A DNA stretch of 32,000 bases, taken from contig JALDRA010000001.1 in the NCBI GenBank assembly GCA_031316235.1, positions 3,540,001-3,572,000 of the forward strand, written 5' to 3'. The translations under genes were made by a program, and so were the position numbers. Position 1 is the first letter of the stretch. Every line of letters begins with the position of its first letter. Source of the stretch: Candidatus Scalindua sp. GTDB taxonomy: Bacteria > Planctomycetota > Brocadiia > Brocadiales > Scalinduaceae. Positions 29,098-32,000 of this stretch are shown here, in pieces. The notes under the pieces were generated by a model, which was not told the DNA's origin, did no database searches, and saw only the letters and a list, made by a program, of their open reading frames with translations.

Positions 29098-30064
29098 TAT
29101 GCCTGTCTTCCGCTGCTAAGCGATTACCAACAGCAGCTTGCACCCTTTCACCGGTAAGTTTTTCGCAAGCTTCCAAGTATTTGTTTGATGTGATATCAAT
29201 GATTTCATCAGGAAGCGAAGGGGGAGGGGAGTTTTTGTCCCAACCGCTGGTATCCAAATAGTCTCTCACGAATTGTTTGTCAAAAGATGGCTGCGACCTG
29301 CCGGGCTCGTAATCCTCCAGCGGCCAGAAACGGGATGAATCAGGTGTTAATATCTCATCGATCAATATTAATCTGTTGTTATACATGCCCCATTCAAATT
29401 TTGTATCGCTGATAATTATACCTTTTGTTCGCGCGTAAGCACTTGCTTTTTTATACATCTCTATACTTTTCTGTTTTAATTCCTTAGCAAGCCTTTTCCC
29501 TGTAATTTCAACGGTCTCTGCATAAGAAATGTTCTCATCATGACCGGAAGCTGACTTTCTTGCAGGGGTGAAGACAGGTTCCGGCAATTGTTCACACTCC
29601 TGGAGTTTTGGTGGTAATTTTATTTTGCACACGGTGCCATTTTCCTGGTATTCTTTCCACCCTGATCCCGCTAAATAACCTCGCACCACACATTCAACAG
29701 GGATAACGTTAACTTTTTTTACGAGCATGGACCTGTCCCGTAACATCTCCCTGTCTTCATCCTTTAAGAGGTGAATAGTATCAATTTCCGTTGTAATCAG
29801 ATGGTTTTCAGTCAGCTCACTCATGAACTGAAACCAGAATTCTGATAGATGTGTAAGCACTTTACCTTTACAGGGTATACCGTTTGGTATGACTGAGTCA
29901 AAGGCGGAGATCCTGTCGGTCGCTATAAGGAGCAAATTATCACCTATTTCATAGATATCTCTAACCTTTCCATGGTTATGAAGCGTTAGATAGTTGATGT
30001 TGGTTTTCAGTACTATACCGCTTTTGTCTGTTTTCATGGGTCTAAAATGATAAAACTCCTGCAT
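29057..30064 (-). CDS. purC: Phosphoribosylaminoimidazole-succinocarboxamide (SAICAR) synthase, long form
   Basis: The motifs are HNHGKVRDIYEIGDNLLLIATDRISAFD, VKKVNVIPVECVVRGYLAGSGW, IIISDTKFEWG and LIDEILTPDSSRFW. The alternative start is ATG 30037. The roughly 25-aa C-terminal tail overlaps nth. Confidence 0.9.
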   Translation of the reverse strand: MQEFYHFRPMKTDKSGIVLKTNINYLTLHNHGKVRDIYEIGDNLLLIATDRISAFDSVIPNGIPCKGKVLTHLSEFWFQFMSELTENHLITTEIDTIHLLKDEDREMLRDRSMLVKKVNVIPVECVVRGYLAGSGWKEYQENGTVCKIKLPPKLQECEQLPEPVFTPARKSASGHDENISYAETVEITGKRLAKELKQKSIEMYKKASAYARTKGIIISDTKFEWGMYNNRLILIDEILTPDSSRFWPLEDYEPGRSQPSFDKQFVRDYLDTSGWDKNSPPPSLPDEIIDITSNKYLEACEKLTGERVQAAVGNRLAAEDRHITETSQLPLSCNT

Positions 30065-30233
30065 CTGCTGCGTAGTGTTTACCAGCTACAATATACTGTT
30101 GTCCTTTTTTGCGATTCAGTGATGGATGCATAAAAACAGCACCATTTATGAGTTGATATTTCCCTGACAGATTTTTGCGTACCTATCCATCTGCTATGGG
30201 GTAAATGCCGGGTGATGTGCCTGATTACAGGTT

Positions 30234-31175
30234 TTAACTGGAGGCCTCTGCATACTGAAAAGGGGCAAACTTATGTAAAATGTTTTTTTGTAAAAAATGG
30301 TCGTGTAACTTTTTACGCAGTTTTTGTGTGCCCTTCAGGTTAGGACAGAGTGACAGGGCCTTATTAAAATTTACCATTGATCCGTTCCAGTCACCAAGGG
30401 TTAAATAACAATCTGCAATTTTTTTATATATCAGAGCCTCCTCGTTTTTATTGAGTCCAAGGGCAAAAACCTTCTTAAAATAGGTAATTGCTGCGCTGGG
30501 TTGTATTGTTTTGAACAGTTTCTTGCATGACAATCGAATTATACGCTCCTTTATCTCCTGGCGGAGATGTCTGCGGTCAGGGTTTTTCTGGGCATTTGTG
30601 TAAACGTGCTCGTACCATTTGAATGAAAGCTCATAGGCTCCCTGCCTTTCATACTCCTCTGCAAGAAGAAATATGCAATCTACATAATCTTTGATACCTA
30701 ATAAGACCAGAAGATCGCACTCCTTGTTCTCAGCTCTCAAGCGTTCATAACTTTTGATAGCCTGTGATCCATGTTTGTTTAAAAGATCACTTAAGATCTG
30801 TTTTACCTGAAACTTTATGCTGGAAGTATCATTCTTCGGAGCAAATCTGTCATTATCGACTCTTGCAGCCCTGTCTACCTGGAGTAATCTATCATAATGA
30901 TCTCTTTTTTCAGCGTCTGTCAATGTCTTGTAGGCCTGGATCAGTAACTTGATCTGACCATCTGCGGAGACTCCATTGGTCTTATGCCTGTCAGGATGGT
31001 ATTGTTTTACAAGCTTTCGAAAAGAGTTCTTGATTACTTCGTCTTTTGCCCCTTCTTCTATTTGTAAAACATGGTAATAGTTAATCAGCTTTGATACCTC
31101 TTTCTCTATAAAGATTGAAACTTCTCTGCACGAGTCAAGTATATTGCACACATGAAACATGATGTTGAAATTCAT
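30234..31175 (-). CDS. J-domain (DnaJ-like) protein with a TPR-like C-terminal region
   Basis: The segment NYYHVLQIEEGAKDEVIKNSFRKLVKQYHPDRH contains the HPD motif. TPR-like helices follow (AEEYERQGAYELSFKWYEHVY, IADCYLTLGDWNGSMVNFNKALSLCPN). The start is uncertain (31175 or 31160). Confidence 0.82.
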   Translation of the reverse strand: MNFNIMFHVCNILDSCREVSIFIEKEVSKLINYYHVLQIEEGAKDEVIKNSFRKLVKQYHPDRHKTNGVSADGQIKLLIQAYKTLTDAEKRDHYDRLLQVDRAARVDNDRFAPKNDTSSIKFQVKQILSDLLNKHGSQAIKSYERLRAENKECDLLVLLGIKDYVDCIFLLAEEYERQGAYELSFKWYEHVYTNAQKNPDRRHLRQEIKERIIRLSCKKLFKTIQPSAAITYFKKVFALGLNKNEEALIYKKIADCYLTLGDWNGSMVNFNKALSLCPNLKGTQKLRKKLHDHFLQKNILHKFAPFQYAEASS

Positions 31176-31188
31176 GTTTTATGAATGA

Positions 31189-31245
31189 TATACTCATCTC
31201 ATAATGGTTTCCGGTGAAACCGGAAACCAGATCGGTTTTAGTATA
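31189..31245 (-). repeat. Structured intergenic repeat, copy F, 57-nt minimal form
   Basis: TATACTCATCTCATAATGGTTTCCGGTGAAACCGGAAACCAGATCGGTTTTAGTATA. It keeps both termini and a perfect 10-bp hairpin GGTTTCCGGT/ACCGGAAACC, and it lies 14 nt upstream of the J-domain gene start. Confidence 0.8.
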
Positions 31246-31389
31246 GAATGGTAGCATTCGCATGAGGACAAGTCAACGATTTTCATGGTGTGTGTCAAGT
31301 TGGTGGTAAGCAGTATAACGACCCTGAAAGGAGAATGCATTGAACGCATAAGTGGAATTGAAACAAGCGGTACGGGCAAACGGTTTCAG

Positions 31390-32000
31390 CTACGTTGTTT
31401 TCATAATTACCGTGCCTTGGGTGATACCGTACTGTTCTATCTTAATATTAAGGCTTGCACGACTCATTCCCAAATTACGGGCAGAGATGGTTTTGTTCCA
31501 TTTTGACTTGTTCAGCTCGTTTTCAATTATCTCTTTTTCAACAGATCTTATTATATTTTTCAGCTTTGAATTGTGAAGACCCTTTTTTATTAATAAACCG
31601 GGAAAAGAGGTAATCTTTAATTGTGTACTGAGAAGATCGGCCTTTAGAGAACGTTCCTCGCCAGACATAATGACTAATCGCTCAACCACATTTTTTAGTT
31701 CCCGGATATTTCCCGGCCAATCATATGCTACGAGCATTCTGAATACATCCTGGTCTATCTCCTTTGTTTGTAAGTTCTGCATTTTTATATAAGATTCTAA
31801 AAAATGATAGACCAGTGGAATGATATCTTCCTTCCTGTTTCTCAGAGGAGGTACAAAGATCGGCAATGTGTTAATCCTGTAATAGAGGTCTTTGCGGAAC
31901 AAACCCTGTTTAACCATATCCTCCAGTTTCCTGTTAGTTGCTGCAATAATACGGACATTTACCTTTACTAATTTTGTTCCACCTAATCGATAAAAAGAAC
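31390..32000 (-). CDS. Sigma-54-dependent Fis-family transcriptional activator, 3' part (5' end beyond the window)
   Basis: The track ORF starts at an internal Met. The frame stays open to nt 32000 (...GGTKLVKVNVRIIAATNRKLEDMVKQGLFRKDLYYRIN...). The motifs are DWPGNIRELKNVVERL and the C-terminal Fis-type HTH ISARNLGMSRASLNIKIEQYGI. Confidence 0.9.
   Translation of the reverse strand, partial: SFYRLGGTKLVKVNVRIIAATNRKLEDMVKQGLFRKDLYYRINTLPIFVPPLRNRKEDIIPLVYHFLESYIKMQNLQTKEIDQDVFRMLVAYDWPGNIRELKNVVERLVIMSGEERSLKADLLSTQLKITSFPGLLIKKGLHNSKLKNIIRSVEKEIIENELNKSKWNKTISARNLGMSRASLNIKIEQYGITQGTVIMKTT

Noticed and set aside
31352-31364. GTGGAATTGAAAC resembles the last 12 nt of the CRISPR repeat (GTGGATTGAAAC). 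This could be an orphan repeat.
   Set aside because: The upstream 20 nt show no similarity to the rest of the repeat, and there is no second copy nearby. It is a short chance match.

Overview
This is a 32-kb window from an AT-rich bacterial chromosome (about 40% GC by eye, not computed) with diderm-type gene content. No searches were run; all family calls are by-eye recognition.

The left third (1-11.9 kb) is accessory DNA:
- At least 4.5 kb of a very long CRISPR array: 67 copies of a 32-nt type I-C-like repeat. It runs off the left edge, and no cas gene is in the window.
- Two toxin-antitoxin cassettes, each with a near-consensus sigma70 promoter.
- A DUF3768-like gene that looks truncated.
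- Two different IS1634-family insertion sequences in tandem.

The right two thirds (11.9-32 kb) are housekeeping genes: an MFP/RND efflux pair, a UMF1-type MFS transporter, a DUF4438-like protein, TPR and membrane proteins, murJ, thiE, purF-purM, pssA, nth, purC, a J-domain/TPR protein, and the 3' part of a sigma-54 activator.

Most unusual observations:
1. The array is internally heterogeneous. A block of 20 spacers of about 42 nt sits between blocks of about 34-nt spacers. Repeat quality also switches sharply, from 16 of 35 defective repeats to 32 of 32 perfect repeats, and that gradient conflicts with the polarity implied by the repeat sequence.
2. Six intergenic gaps between 15 and 31.3 kb carry a copy of a structured repeat family of 57 to about 210 nt, bounded by TATACT...AGTATA. 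Its hairpins are maintained by compensatory changes.

I could not support a complete novel protein-coding system from the sequence alone.
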